DNA from: Chrysomallon squamiferum
Lineage: Eukaryota; Animalia; Mollusca
Length of the DNA stretch: 64,000 nucleotides
Direction: 5' to 3'
Assembly (NCBI GenBank): GCA_012295275.1
Contig: CM022679.1
Span: 24,738,001 to 24,802,000, forward strand
Part shown: one piece after another, positions 11,510 through 25,786 of the stretch
Layout: every line of letters begins with the position of its first letter
Numbering within the stretch: the stretch's first letter is position 1
Notes under the pieces: generated by a model
The model's input: only the letters and a program-made list of their open reading frames with translations
Database searches by the model: none
Told to the model about the DNA's origin: nothing
Program-made: the position numbers and the translations under genes

Positions 11510-11790
11510 CACATGACATGCTTTTAGATGGTTAACACATAGTAATCATTATATCTATCATTAAGACAGTTAAAACATTAATACATATCTACTGTGTAGG
11601 CAGAACATACTAAACACATTTTCCATTTAAACAGTTATAACATATTAAACAGATATTCCATTTTGACAGTTACCAGAAATTAAACATAATTTCCATTTAG
11701 ACAATTTAGACAACACACATTAAATACATCTTCCATTTAGACAGCTAATGCATATTTAACACATTTTCCATTTAGACAGTTAACACAAAT
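11510..11790. repeat. Degenerate ~35-bp minisatellite in caspase B intron 5
   Basis: About 8 units with core acacattttccatttagacagttaacacat. Confidence 0.8.
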
Positions 11791-11921
11791 GAGAGAACAC
11801 ATACTGAACAAAACCTGAGTTGATATTTTCATAAATTCAGACATAAGACATTAATTATTACTAACAAATATATATTTCATAATTGTTGAATGAAAACAAT
11901 GCCCATTTTGCTATCTTTTAG

Positions 11922-12187
11922 GATACTATGCTTTTCGAAGACCGTCAGAAGGTTCATGGTTCGTCAAGTGTCTGTGTGACATCACACTAAAGGCTGACCT
12001 TGAAAATATGTCCTTGAGCAAGATCATGACCCGGGTCATCAACAAAGTGTCATATGACTACATGTCAGAACACAGCCATCCAATGCTGAATGCGAAGAAA
12101 CAGTCGCCATGTCTTTACTCCATGCTTGTCAAGGATGTCTACTTCCGAAAGAAACAAGCAGGTAAAGAAGAGAGTATGGAGTTTTGA
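11922..12187 (+). CDS. Caspase B, last coding exon (p10 subunit). Whole protein is 316 aa, caspase-3/6/7-like
   Basis: GYYAFRRPSEGSWFVKCLCDITLKADLENMSLSKIMTRVINKVSYDYMSEHSHPMLNAKKQSPCLYSMLVKDVYFRKKQAGKEESMEF*. The six exons sum to 951 nt (317 codons including the stop). Confidence 0.94.
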
Positions 12188-12498
12188 AGTAAATGTTATA
12201 AATGTATTAACAAAATTTTAAATTTAAGAAAATCTTATATATATATATATGACTATATACAAAAATATGTACACATTTTTAAGACAGTCTAGATTATATG
12301 GTGCATTTTTATTAACGTGAAAAGTCAAGATTCTGCTGCAGTCAAACTAATAGTTAAAAATATTGTAGAGTCAGACCTTATTTTAAGGACCATGTTTGTC
12401 CCCATGTCATCTTCTATTTTTGTTGTAATAAAACATTTACTATTGTAATGGATTACTCAGAAATTATCTCCCTTATATATATTATATAAAATAGCAGC

Positions 12499-12530
<32 letters not shown>

Positions 12531-14110
12531 TTGAGGTTTGTTTCTAAATATAAAAAAAGTTTAAAAAATGATTATACTAAAAAGTGAATCTTTTATCAAG
12601 AGAAAAAGAAAAAAAAAGGAAAGTCTGATAAATGTGTTAAAATACACGACATAAGTACTGAGAGTCCCATATTTTTTTCTTCTTTTGAAAACAGCAATAT
12701 TCTGTGAAAAAGAAAGAAGAAAAATAAGTAATTCATTTAAAATTTTAATAACAAAAGTTGGTAATTTGTTCGTTTATTTCATTTTATTTTATTTATTAAC
12801 TGATTTTCACAATACAACTAATCTAATAGATAATTATAATTTGTGAGAGAAAATGGAATGTACAGTTAGTTTATTTGGCTTTTTGTTCCTGCCTCTAGAG
12901 AACTGAAATTCACACCAACTATATGAGGGAAAAAAATAAATAACAGAGTATGTTGAGTCTTTGATTAGTTATAAAAATAATTATTTTGAGTATTTAATTT
13001 CAGTGGAATATTTGAGGTCCTGATTTTTTTAATCGGGCGATTTTCCCAAGTTCTCTGTTTAGACCAGACTAAAATTAATATTCAGAAACATCGACAGATA
13101 TACACATCTAGATATACAGAGAATATATGTACATACTATGTAACATAAATTCATTTTTAAATTTTATTTTATTTTATTTTCTATTTATTTATATATTACA
13201 CTAAATTAATAAGTTAGGGGTATATTTCTATATTAATACATTTTATTTTAGTCCTCTTTGCTGTGCACAAATAAAATGGCTGTTGTGTATAGATGTTTTT
13301 TTTTCTCATGAATATTTATGAATAACATCTTAAATAGACTGATTTCTTTCTGTAATTATACAAGTTAAAAAAAATTAACTTGTACAAAAATCAGTTAAAA
13401 GCAATATTTATGTCATTATTATTATTATTATTATTTTAATTATTGTGATTTTTAAATATAAAAAAGGAAAGAAACAGGCTTTATGTATACCCATTCAAAC
13501 AATTCTTTATATAAAATAAAATGTGGCAGATTTTACAAAATTATAAGAAAAAATAATTTCTTAAACTAAAGTATCTAACATACATTGAATACTGCTTCAT
13601 TTAAACCATTTTTCTTACTCTTTTTATTTTTTTTATTTTTCTATTTTTCTATTTTTTATTTATTTGCTACTCATAAGAAAAATATTGCAAATGATCATAT
13701 TTAGTGCTTTCAGTTGAATCGGCTGTTAAAATAATTAAGTGTGGCTGTTTTCCAAAATTCACAAGTTCCTCTTGAGAACATTGTTATATTTTATTTTAAT
13801 TTTGTTTTATGCTACTGGAAACACAACCATGACAGTATTTACAAATATTGAATCCACTGTTTCTCTAAACATATTTTTCACAATAAAATAAGAGGCTTGT
13901 AAAGATGGTTATTACTTTTCCATCAGATGTCAGATCATATAGAGAAATGTAGAAAAATCCATAATAGACTGAGGCCAGATGTTTATTTACTCAATGTGTC
14001 AATTTTCATGTTTCTTCTGCTTTTATGGTTTAATATAAATTAGAAGTGTTACAGAGACATTAATTTTGTTACATTTTTATTACTGAATAATTTATTATTA
14101 TTATTATTAT

Positions 14111-14149
<39 letters not shown>

Positions 14150-14153
<4 letters not shown>

Positions 14154-15094
14154 GTATCTGAAAATCTTATAAAAGAAATTTTGCTGTAAAATCTTTGTTT
14201 TTTTATACTGTTGAATGGTCACCCACTGAGTGATGTGTTTAACCTCTGATGAATTAATTATGTGCAAAGATGTTAGAACTATTTATTTATTTATTTATTT
14301 TTTTTAAATTCTGTTATTACTATATTTACTCTGTCTTAACATCTTTACACATTCTGCAATACATAGATTTGATTTCTTCTTTTTTATTTTTTTTTTTTTT
14401 TTTTTTTTATTTTTTTTTTTATTTGTTTGTTTTTTTTTTTCTGTTCATAAAAACAAAATGTTTTTTTCATGAATACTTAGATATCTATATTTTGGCATAT
14501 TTAATTAGTTCTCCTCTAGCATTTCTCCATTAAAACAGGTCATCTGGTTATTCCAAATACTAAAATATCTGTAATTTCGCATACTGAATTAATTCGCATA
14601 ATGATTAACTTGGTTAAAACAGATCAGCTGGATTTTCTAAGTTCTAGAATATTAAAATTTCTATGTTTGGTATAATCATTAGTTCTTGTGTGTATGTATG
14701 TATACATATATATATATATATATATAATTACATTTGCTGAATGTATTCTTTTACAAAGTGACTATTTCACAGATGATCTGGTTTATTATGATGTTTCTGT
14801 TGGTGCTGTAATAACTGCTCTATTTTGCAGCATAAAGTTGTTTTCTCACAATCTGGAATACTAAGATATCTGTTATTTTGGATACTCTGAGTTTCTTCTT
14901 ACACAGAGCGACGCTGCTCATTTTAGCAATAGCCGAGTTTGTACTCTGCTTACTTCCCACTTATGTTTCATTCATTTTTCTCATCCAGCTGTAATTAATA
15001 ACGAAGTTTTATGTAATCATAATAATGCATGTAGTGCAGACCAATGTTCTCTGGTTTTTTAAATCACAGATAAAAAAATTAAAAAATAAATATG

Positions 15095-15128
<34 letters not shown>

Positions 15129-15395
15129 GCTGTTAATCTGCCTATATGACGGTAAATTAACACCAGTTGTAAAAGTGCCAAAATGGTAGAAATTAAATCT
15201 GTTTATTTTATTGTCATAATTTGTTTTATTAATAATTATAGTTAATGAATTAATAACTGTAAATATATTTCTGTAAAGTCATTTCTCAAAAGGTTGTTCT
15301 TTTTTAAGAAAGTTATTGTTAAGTTGCTGTAAATGTTAAAAGAAGTTATTATTCTTCTAGATGCTGAAGACCCTGATGACAATTTTGTTACCATG

Positions 15396-15428
<33 letters not shown>

Positions 15429-16810
15429 TTATTATTATTTTTATTTGTTTTAACCTACTGAAACTACATCTGTGATAATGTTAATGAATAGCTGAATTCA
15501 CTATTTCTGGTGACCACATTTTGATATTAATAAAAATTTTGACAATAGAATAACAAGCTGTTAATCATGATAAATATTTTCTCTTCCACTATATTGCCAT
15601 GTCCTAGAAAGATATATACAAAAATCCGCGACAGACTGAGCACAGAATGTCCTGTAATTATTTCCTCCATCGTTCAATTTTCATATGGCTTCCCACTGTT
15701 ACAGTGACAAATTAATTTTTTATTTTATTTTTTATTATTGATTTTATTATTGTTTTTTTGGTCTGTTTGAAAATCTTATAAAAGCCAAACACTTGTGAGT
15801 TATGTGTCTAATGAATTATATGCAGATGATTTTAATGAATTATATGCAGAGATTTTAATAATATTTCTTTCTTTTCTTTTTTTAAAACAATTCTGTTATT
15901 ATTATATTTTAACATCTTTACACATTCTGTAATGCATGTGCACTATTTTTTCAATTGTAAATCTGTACATGCACACACCATATTATTTTAATTTTAATTT
16001 TTTTAATTTATTTATTTTTTGTTTTTCTCTGATTTCTCCAGATTCATAACATATCAGTGGTTGCCTTCTTGAATTTGTTTTTAAACCAAATTTCACAGTT
16101 TTTTAAAAATAATTTTTTATTTTTTCTGTGTTTTTGTCCAAAGATAATCCATTATACATAAGAAGTTGGTTTCCAAAGATTTGGAATTATAATGATATTT
16201 ATATTTGGTCATGTGTGGATTTAGTATTTTTATTGAATCAATACATTTTCCAATGAATATTAAAATATGTAATTTTACATGTTGAAGTTGTTCTCATTCT
16301 GATTATCTCAGTTAAAACAGAACAACCAGCTGTTTGTTTCAAAGATTGGGAATATTAGGATACCTGTGTTTAGCATACTGCATTTATTCTTGTACAAAAC
16401 TACAAGATACCTGTTATATGGCATACAGAATTTGTTTTTGTAAATTTAAAAAAAAAAAAAAGTTGTTGCTGAATTTATTCTGGAACAAAAAGACCTTATT
16501 TCACAGATTATCTGGTTTATGAAGATGTTTCTGTTTGTTGCCTGTTATACTTATTCCCTATTGCAGGACTGGTTGATTCATCATACTTTGGAATATTAAG
16601 ATATCTATTATTTCATGTACTGAATTTGTTTTTATACAGAATGATGCTGATATTTTTTGCATTTACTGGTTTTTACAGACTATTAAAAAGTACCTTATCC
16701 TGATATGAAGAAACTGTTTAAAAGTATTCTGTTGTATTCAGTTTTTTGCCATCCAGTTTTAGCTTATAACAAAGTGTAACAACTAAATATTAGAATTTTA
16801 AAAATATCTG
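14150..16810. repeat. Diverged duplication (~14150-15010 versus ~15755-16780) built from a recurring sub-unit
   Basis: Shared blocks in the same order: gaaaatcttataaa; ttaacatctttacacattctg; tttcacagatNatctggtttat; ggaataytaagatatct; catccag. Confidence 0.75.
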
Positions 16811-17339
16811 TGTGCTGCCATTTTTCTGTAGTCATGGCATCAATGATTATTGGGCAGACTGATTTCAGATTGTTTGATTAATGATAACTATTGTTCAAAA
16901 TGTACAATTTATTTTTTTTACTTTTTTTCTCCAGAACATTCCAAAATGTATATTTTGTTTAATTTTGTATGTGTTTTTGTGAGTTTCAGGCATCAAGTCT
17001 TTTTTTTGTTTGTTTGAATTCTAATCTTTGATTAAAATTTATATTTTGTTAACACTGAATACTAACAATTACTTTGAAAAGTTGGCTTATCTCACATCCT
17101 TTTGGATTTGCCACTGTTATGTCTTTTTCTCATTTTCCTTTCACTAAGCAGAATTGAAATTTGTGTAAATGAATAAAGTAATTCATGTATGTGTGTGTCT
17201 ATATTCGTATGTATACACACATACAAATTCCTAAAAGAAACTAAAACTATCTCGTTTTATACACACAAACATTGTTAATCAATACAACCTGCCTCCAGCA
17301 TTATTATTATAATTATTATTATTATTATTATTATTATTA

Positions 17340-17411
<72 letters not shown>

Positions 17412-18133
17412 TCTGTTTGTTTGCTTAATTCTTTTTATTTTTTTTTTTGCTTTAATATCATTCTTTTAAAGATATAATATTAATATGCTGGGGAAAATTT
17501 TCATGATTTATTTAGGATAACCCCTTAATCTTTTACACTTATTTCATTGCTAGGTTTTAGGAGGTTTATTTTTTAAGAAACAAAATATAGATTTTCATAA
17601 AATATGTATCTTATTGGTGCTTAATGGTTGTGAACACAGTGGAATAATGTGGTTTTTATCTCCAAAATAATGTCATGATGTCATGAAATGCTTGATCACT
17701 GACATGATGTCATGAAATGCCTGTTGTCATGCAAGGAGAGATCAGAGGTGTCAGTCAAACTGCTGAGTTTTAAATATCTGTGCTCTAAATATTAAGTGTG
17801 ATATAACATTTTAAATTTTTAATATTTCTAACATCAGAATAAGATGTATTTATACACTGTATTTCAAGTTTTATATCTGTTTAATTATTTTTTAATATAT
17901 TTTTATGTGTTTCTTTTTGTTAAACTTTATATTACATGCCATAGTGTCGTATTAGATGCAAGATATATATCTAGCTATTTATTCATTTTAATTACAAACG
18001 TAAACTGTTTGGCTTTATTGGACCAAGTTTGCATTACTACGCTAATTTTTATTTTATTTTACTTCAGCCAGTTTTTATTAGGTTTGTTTAAGCAGCTTCA
18101 TTTGTAGTTTCTGGGAAAAAAAAAAAGTACAGA

Positions 18134-18378
18134 AATAAAGTCTGTGAAAATAAATGATATATAAGCATATGAGTATGTCTGGTTTTCTAATTCATACAAT
18201 ATTACTCATTTCTGAAAGAATTAATCCAGATATGTTTATAGTTTTATTATTTTTATTATAAATTGTTGCATGTGATATATGTGTGACATTTTTGACAACC
18301 TATTATTTTAACAATACTTATAAATTGGTTTATTTTTTAGATTTATATAAATCTTTTAGTTGGAAAATTTGAAATAAA
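18134..18378 (+). terminator. Candidate distal polyadenylation signals of caspase B
   Basis: AATAAA at 18134, 18149 and 18373, coinciding with the end of the CpG-depleted domain. AATAAA is common in this DNA, so this is weak on its own. Confidence 0.3.
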
Positions 18379-19161
18379 ATTTATAATATTTTTGTATTAT
18401 GTTATTATTATTATTATTATTATTATTTTTTTTTTTTTTTCGTTTTTCTGTTTAAATTACATAAAGATACTCCAGATAAATCTTTCACAGTTCTACACTT
18501 GCTTCAGTTTAAGAAATGTGACACGTTTTGCCAATAACCACAGTCAAACTGTGTTGCATACGTAGGGGTAAATCAATCTTTCACTGTATTAAAAAATCTT
18601 CTCGTAATGGTTGTAGTTAATATTTTATTAAACATTGGTATGCGATTTCTAGAGATATCTACATATTTAATATGTGGCGGTTAAACGTTTCGTGAAAATG
18701 ACCACTCTCATATAAAAACACAGAGTAGAAACATGACAGGAATTAAAACATGCACAACAATGTACAAACAACGCACAAAAAAACATGCGCAAAATAATAT
18801 ACAGTTTATGCCTCCAGTTCATCAGAATTTTATTTTATTGAATTTTTTTGTTTTTTTTACTTGTAAAACAATTTTTTTTTTATAGAAGTTCTCTGTAGGA
18901 AATTGGTTCATAATATTTCATACGAAAGAAAAAAAAAAAAATAAATAACAGTTATCTTTCGAAAATGATCGGTTGTATAATTTGGAAAATTATGCCAATG
19001 TTATGACCTAGAAATGAGCAGTCAGATACCCGTTAATGGCTCAAAGAACTGTTGTTTGTTTAGTGTTTTGTATTAAAGGAACTAGAAGAGAAGTTTCTGA
19101 AAAATTATCTGGTTTCATGTCAAAATACAATTAATATATTTTAACAATGGTTATTTTCCCG

Positions 19162-19193
<32 letters not shown>

Positions 19194-19236
19194 AAAAGAT
19201 ATCTGTCGGCGATATACGTGGCATAAAATAGTAGTA

Positions 19237-19303
<67 letters not shown>

Positions 19304-19423
19304 TAATAATAATAATAATAATAAAATAAAAAATAAATAATAAAATAAATAAATAAATAAATAAAGAAAAGAAATGTAAAATAAAAAAATATTCTACACG
19401 CGTGTAATAAACATTTAAAAGCA

Positions 19424-19457
<34 letters not shown>

Positions 19458-20359
19458 TTTTAGTTCTGTTTTTTAAAGAAGAAAGAAAGAACAGAAAGCA
19501 AACAAACAGAAAAGTTTTTTTTACGATGAATCAACATACAAGATGTCAGATACTCAGTGCAAGTACAACAGAGTTTAAATTTTTTTTCTTTTTTTTTTCG
19601 AAATTTGGAATGTTATCACGTAAATTCTTCTCACCATGCGACAGGTGTGTAGAGAGGTTACGCCACAGGAAAAAAAAAAAAAAAAATGGAGTAGTTATGT
19701 TGAAAAAGGTTGTTAGAGAAAGAAAACTACAGAAAATAAAACGATTCTGAGAAAAAGGTAAAACTTGGGAATCAGGTAGAAAATAATGTTTGCTTCTCTA
19801 GAAACATTTTTTTATTTTATTTATTTATTTATTACTTTTGTTGTTGGTTGTGGTGTTGTTTTTATTATGTTATTATTGCTTTTTTCCATACTTCCTTTTA
19901 TATATAGATATATAAATGTTCTGCTGTCGCTATGGCAACTTTATACTATTCTCTCTCTCCCTTGGCATTTAAAAACAAACAAACAAACAAATAAATAAAC
20001 AAACAATGATGTTGGTATTTATTTCTTTAATTAAATTACTTATATTATAGAAAATATATAAATCCAGCTACATTCCGATACAAAGAGTATGAGATCAGTA
20101 AGCTGACAGAACACTGAGTCGTTATTTTTTTTTTTTATTATTTTTTAAAGCCATCTAAAACACTTACGCACATACGCACATACGCACCGCAAACGCTCCA
20201 TGTCACGTTTTGTATATACACACAGACAAGGCTGTTGTCACTAACTTGACCATGAATCGATAACATCAGCCGATTAAAAATAGCTCGGCTCTTGTCTTAC
20301 TACTACCGTGTAATTTCATTGCGGCAGAGAAACGAGAGCAAATTGTATCCAGCGTTGGC

Positions 20360-20458
20360 ATGGCACAAGCCTGGCGAGTATACCTGAGTTCGACGCTTAT
20401 GGCACAAGCCTAGCTTGTATACCTGACTTCGCTGGTCATGGCACCTGCTGCTTGTGTG
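20360..20458. repeat. 39-bp tandem repeat (about 2.5 copies) in the CpG-rich region upstream of the RASSF start codon
   Basis: atggcacaagcct...gtatacctga.ttcg at 20360 and 20399, with a partial copy at 20438. Confidence 0.85.
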
Positions 20459-20960
20459 AAAAAAGCGTTTCTTCATATTCGAACTCCACAACCTGTGGAG
20501 TAATGGACTCGACCTCGCTTCTAACCTTGTCAACCATTGTCTTTTTGCAGTGACCGCTTGTACTAAAAACGCCGTCTCCAAGTACGCTGGAGGCAAATCC
20601 ACTTAGAAAGCGAGTAATGGAATTTCTGTACGAAAATAAAAACATCAAATATTGAACAGTCAGCTGGAACAGAAAACCAGCAGTAACCAGTGGTTCATTT
20701 GGATTACCAATTTTTTTTCGTATAGATCTTCAAAAAATTATTATTACTGTTGTATTCGTCTCTGAATTTATCTGTGGATATTCGAAAAAGGCAACAATGT
20801 TAAAACCTTAGTTGTAACAATAGGTGGAAACTGGATGCTGCTTTTTTTTTTTTTTTTGACTGAAGGGGCTAGGTGGACTGTGTGACAGCGTTATTTTATT
20901 CGTGACAGGGTTACTCAGTCAACCGCAAAGCTGGGTCTGTGGCAGAGCTCCCAGAGTGAC

Positions 20961-21003
20961 ATGAACAACACGTGCGGCCAGTGTGGAAGGCCCGTATATT
21001 TTG
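20961..21003 (+). CDS. RASSF: LIM-RASSF coding exon 1 (MNNTCGQCGRPVYF; first CxxC of a CRIP-type LIM domain)
   Basis: Matches the CRIP/LIM start (CxxC..VYFAER). Donor G|GTAAGT, phase 1, fits the exon at 37773. Upstream acceptor at 20908. Confidence 0.88.
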
Positions 21004-21862
21004 GTAAGTTGAACGTTATTACCGCTGTTAGTGTACACTAAAACTATTTATACCAGTTTTCTAACATGTAATATTAATGAAACAACGTAGCGTACGGAGG
21101 TTTCTATCTGCTTGAAACGTATTTTCGTTTACAATCTTCAGATGCCGTGGACCTAGTTTTTCACCTGTTTTACTTAATTATAGTGATGCCTTGTTCTCGT
21201 AGTATTCGTTTATTATTTATTGTTATGTTTTGTTGATGTGATAGCTGTAAAGGAATGTACTGCATAAGCAGTAAGGTTGTATAGTATTGTGAGTCTATTT
21301 TCTATACTGTATGTAAATAAATGTACGACTTGGATTGTATGTGTGAATGTAAATATTGGTATTACTACGTATATGTGTGTGTGTGTTTACATGTGTGTTT
21401 ATATGTGTGTTTATACGTGTCAAACATGTAGACGTACTTACAGTATGTATGTATGTATCATCTATCTTATCCTACTAATTTAAGCTGTAGTTACTAATAT
21501 AACTGTTGTTGTTGTTATAGGATTATCAGAACTATCAGTAATCATTACATCAAATAAGACAAAGTCCACTTTGTGAATATTAAACAAGCTGCAGGAAGAA
21601 ATCAAACAAGATTTAGTTTGTTATTGTTAAACCTTATCTCTCTATATAAGCGGTCAATCATCAGAATAGACAACTGTAGTTTTGAAAACATAAGAACAGC
21701 GATGTTTTGTTGCTGTGAATGAACAAGCTCGGGAAAAAAAAGGAAAGGTCTGCTGTACTGTTATAGCAAAACGCCAGAATAAAAAAGAAAAAAAGAAAAA
21801 GAAATTATACGTAATATCTCGAACCCAACAACGTTACTGGAGAACGAGTTTCTGTGTTACGC

Positions 21863-21898
<36 letters not shown>

Positions 21899-22036
21899 GA
21901 ATGCTGGTTTGTAAATATAGACTGAACCACATCTGTTACAAATATCAATATAAAAAAATATAATCACTGAAGTCAGAATAATACATGAGTATGGTGTTAT
22001 GCGTCTGTATAATCTGTATATTGGTATGTTTGTGTA

Positions 22037-22150
<114 letters not shown>

Positions 22151-23169
22151 AAAATATATGTATGTGTTATGTATGTATATATGTAATATAGTTTTTTTTT
22201 GTTTTTGTTTTGTCTTTATTTTTTGGTGAGTAAGTATGCTATAATATAATCTGCGTGATGACGCGATTCAGTTAGTGCGCATGTATTGACTGCACTTTTA
22301 TCTTAATTATCGGAAAGCAGTGTACCTTGAACGCTTTGTGTTATTTATTGATAGCAGTCAGGATTATCGCGTTAGTCAGGGGTGGGACATGTTGTAATAT
22401 AGCTTCAACTTTTTTAAATTAAATTTTATGATTTTATATTACTTTCTTCTGCTAAAGGATATGTTTATTACTTGGAGTTTATCATGTCTGTCCGTCTAGC
22501 ATGCATGCACACACACAAACATTTACATACTCTCACACAAAGTATGTGTGACAGACATGTGCGTGCGTGCGCCCATATGCTATTTTATCATACGTATCGT
22601 GTTTATTCATTTTTCAAAATATACAACTTTAGATTATAACTAGCTTCCAAAACTCATTTCCCTCAAGCACATAATATAGTGAATGTTTAATTTAATTTTA
22701 ATTTTAAAACATAAAAAGAAAAAAAAAAAAAAGAAAGAAAGAAAAAAACAATTCTCAATCGTTTTTAACCCATTTCGTTTTCCAAGCTAAACGTACTTAC
22801 TAAAACAGTGCATATATAACCGTAGGGTAAGGATGTGCATTGAAAATATCGGGACGTAACGTACAGAAGCACATAGAACTAGATTTACTTTCAGATAGGC
22901 ATGAATAAAATAATAAAAACTTCATTTTTACTAAATAAAAAAATATATATCAAAATACTGTGTTCAAATAAAGGCACTCTGTGGTAAGCTTATCGGATTC
23001 AAAAGAGGGTTGAGGTAAGGTTAATGCTGGTTAAACTCCGTACATCTTTAAAAAGGAACATGGTATTATCTATAATATACCGCAACAACGACGACTCAAA
23101 GATTTTCTTTATAACCCAAGGCTGGTTTACGATTTAGCCAATTTTCAGTAAATTTTAATTTTTTGAGTT

Positions 23170-23230
23170 GTATATGGGAGGGTGCATATAAAAGATACTT
23201 ACTGTTAATCGATAAATATGCCATGGTTTG
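23170..23230 (+). mobile_element. Fragment of a dispersed SINE-like repeat
   Basis: gggagggtgcatataaaagatacttactgttaatcga resembles 27160-27200 and the reverse complement of the 44430-44900 array core. Confidence 0.5.
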
Positions 23231-23800
23231 TTTGAAGATATTTTATCAAAAATATTAAATGTTTGTAATAAATGAAAATAAATAATAATAATAACAATTT
23301 AAAAAAAACATAAATTAAATTTAAATGAACAAATAAATAAATAAATAAAATTAAAAACGAACAAATAAATAAATTAAATGAATAAATGAAAACATACGTA
23401 AAAACAGTAACACATATATATAATCGTATTACATATGGTTTTGAATACCACAGTCATCAGCTTCTTGAGGGTTTAATAATTCATTGTAAACTTAAATCAT
23501 GTTCAGCAAACAGCGTGTCCAAGTCCAGAACATGTTCAAGGATAAACTCGAGTGCAAGAAGATGGCGGATTTCGAATTACTAAACAAATCAAATAAATAT
23601 ACAAAGAAAATCAAAGACGATAACTGTAACGTAAGTAACAGTGTAAATTAAAACACAGAAATGCAAACGATGAAAGTAAATAAATAAGTAAATAAAGAAA
23701 AAAAAAAAAAAAAAGAAAGGAAGAAATATTATAATAATAACTGATATAAAAGTTGAATAATGTATTCTGATAAATAATGACAGTTAACAACAAGAAAATG

Positions 23801-23831
<31 letters not shown>

Positions 23832-24658
23832 GCATGTATGCATAAATAAATAAATAACGATGAATAATAACACATTAAGAAGGTAATAAATAAAAAAGAA
23901 ATAAGGAAACTAAATATGACACTGCGGTTTAACTGGAGATATCAGTTACAACTGACACACCTGTTCTCGATTTACCAGTCTGTCGACTCCATTAACAAAC
24001 AGGTATGACGCAATTGATGTACCAAGTGCATGTTACTGGAATACATTTCTTCTTTATTTTCTTGAAATTTGTCTCAACAAAAGTGAATTCCTTTCTACAT
24101 GCGTAATTTTTTTATTTGTTTTATTTTTTTATTTTTTTTAGCCTATAGCACTCTTCTTATTTATTTATTTTGTTTGTTTATTTGAGATAAGTTGGGGGAT
24201 ACAGACCTAACTTACAATATTTGTGTTTTCGTAAGGTTGCTGTTAAACGAAAACACAGCTCTTTGCTGCATTGATTACAGCTTATCACTTGAAAGCTGTG
24301 TGCGTGATTATCGGTTGAGAAATAGCATTACGCGGCACAATATCGTTTAGAACATGCACCAAGACATATCTCCAGTATCTTAACAAGCTTTTTGTATCTT
24401 CCATTGGTTAAACTGTACACCTGTTACTATCGAGAATATGCTACACTGTATAGGGATATTTTGTTCGTGTGCGGAGGCGCCCGCGCGCGCGCATTTGCGT
24501 TCGTGTGTGTGAGAGAGATCATAAATATAGATTCACGTTAGTAAAATAATCTCAAAATTGTCATTAAACAATACTAACTGTATTGATAACTTTAACATCA
24601 GAATAAATCTCTCTCTATTTTTCTTTCTCTCGCTCTCTCTCTCTCTCCTCTCGCTCTG

Positions 24659-24712
<54 letters not shown>

Positions 24713-25750
24713 CGGTAAAATCAAATGCACAATCAGAAAATTCGTGTTTTGCATTGAGCAAATGTTGGACAGTAGAAAGAATCAAATTATATCAAATTAT
24801 AATTGTTAACAAAAAGATTAAGGAATGGATTGATATCACTTTTTATATACAAAAGACAGTATTACATATTTGAGATACACGTGTATTTGTCAAGGCATCT
24901 GAGATCTGAGTTACTTAATTTATTGTTCTTGACGAATTATCGTCATCTCGATAGCAGGTAATATTAATGGGGGTCATGATGGTGGCATTTTAAGGCGCAG
25001 TCCGTCCTCACCAACCCGCAGTTGCACGAAATGACCTACACAAAGAAGAGCGCACCAAATCATCTTCATTAAGTTTTGCCGAATCCTACTCTGCACTTCA
25101 TTCGTGTTAAAAACTAGATCGACCAAAATTATCACAGCACCATCCGTTAATTTCAAATGCTGGATTCATCCCTGACCCCACTGCCAGATCCAACCCAGGA
25201 GCGATCGTGCTGTTCCATGCTATTATTTACATCAAGTTAAATTCATTTTGGCAGGCGAGTAAGAAAATAAGCATGATTTATTCCCATCACATTACAACAA
25301 CATGGAAGTCAGCGAACAGATTACAAACTACTTCGAAACTTTGCCGCCAGTGGTTTTATTGACCTCAATAGGTAACCTAAAAATACACCGAATCATGTAT
25401 GACACTATAATATAGGTGAGCTGATGACACGAAATTTAAGATTACGTTTGTCGTAGAGACAGTATTTATGAACTTTAATTTATAAAGGACTTCGTGAGTA
25501 ATATTACGGAGATTTGTCGATAATAGATTTGTTTTGATAAAGGGTCATATGCCATAAATGTTTAAAGCAGAATGTTTGACACGTAAACTGATTTATTGTA
25601 TCATGCAACACCCGTTTTTGTTTAGTCGTTCGATACAGGATAAAAGGAGTTACATTTTATTTTAATTTATTTTTTGTTTAATGTTCCTTACAGTTATATC
25701 AGGCTCACTAACAATAACATCAGTTTTGATTTGTTATAATATATCATGTG

Positions 25751-25786
<36 letters not shown>

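Noticed and set aside
20303-20648. Two overlapping minus-strand ORFs as protein genes
   Set aside because: No recognisable domain, non-ATG starts, and partly explained by the 39-bp repeat and higher GC. Kept only as part of a weak finding.
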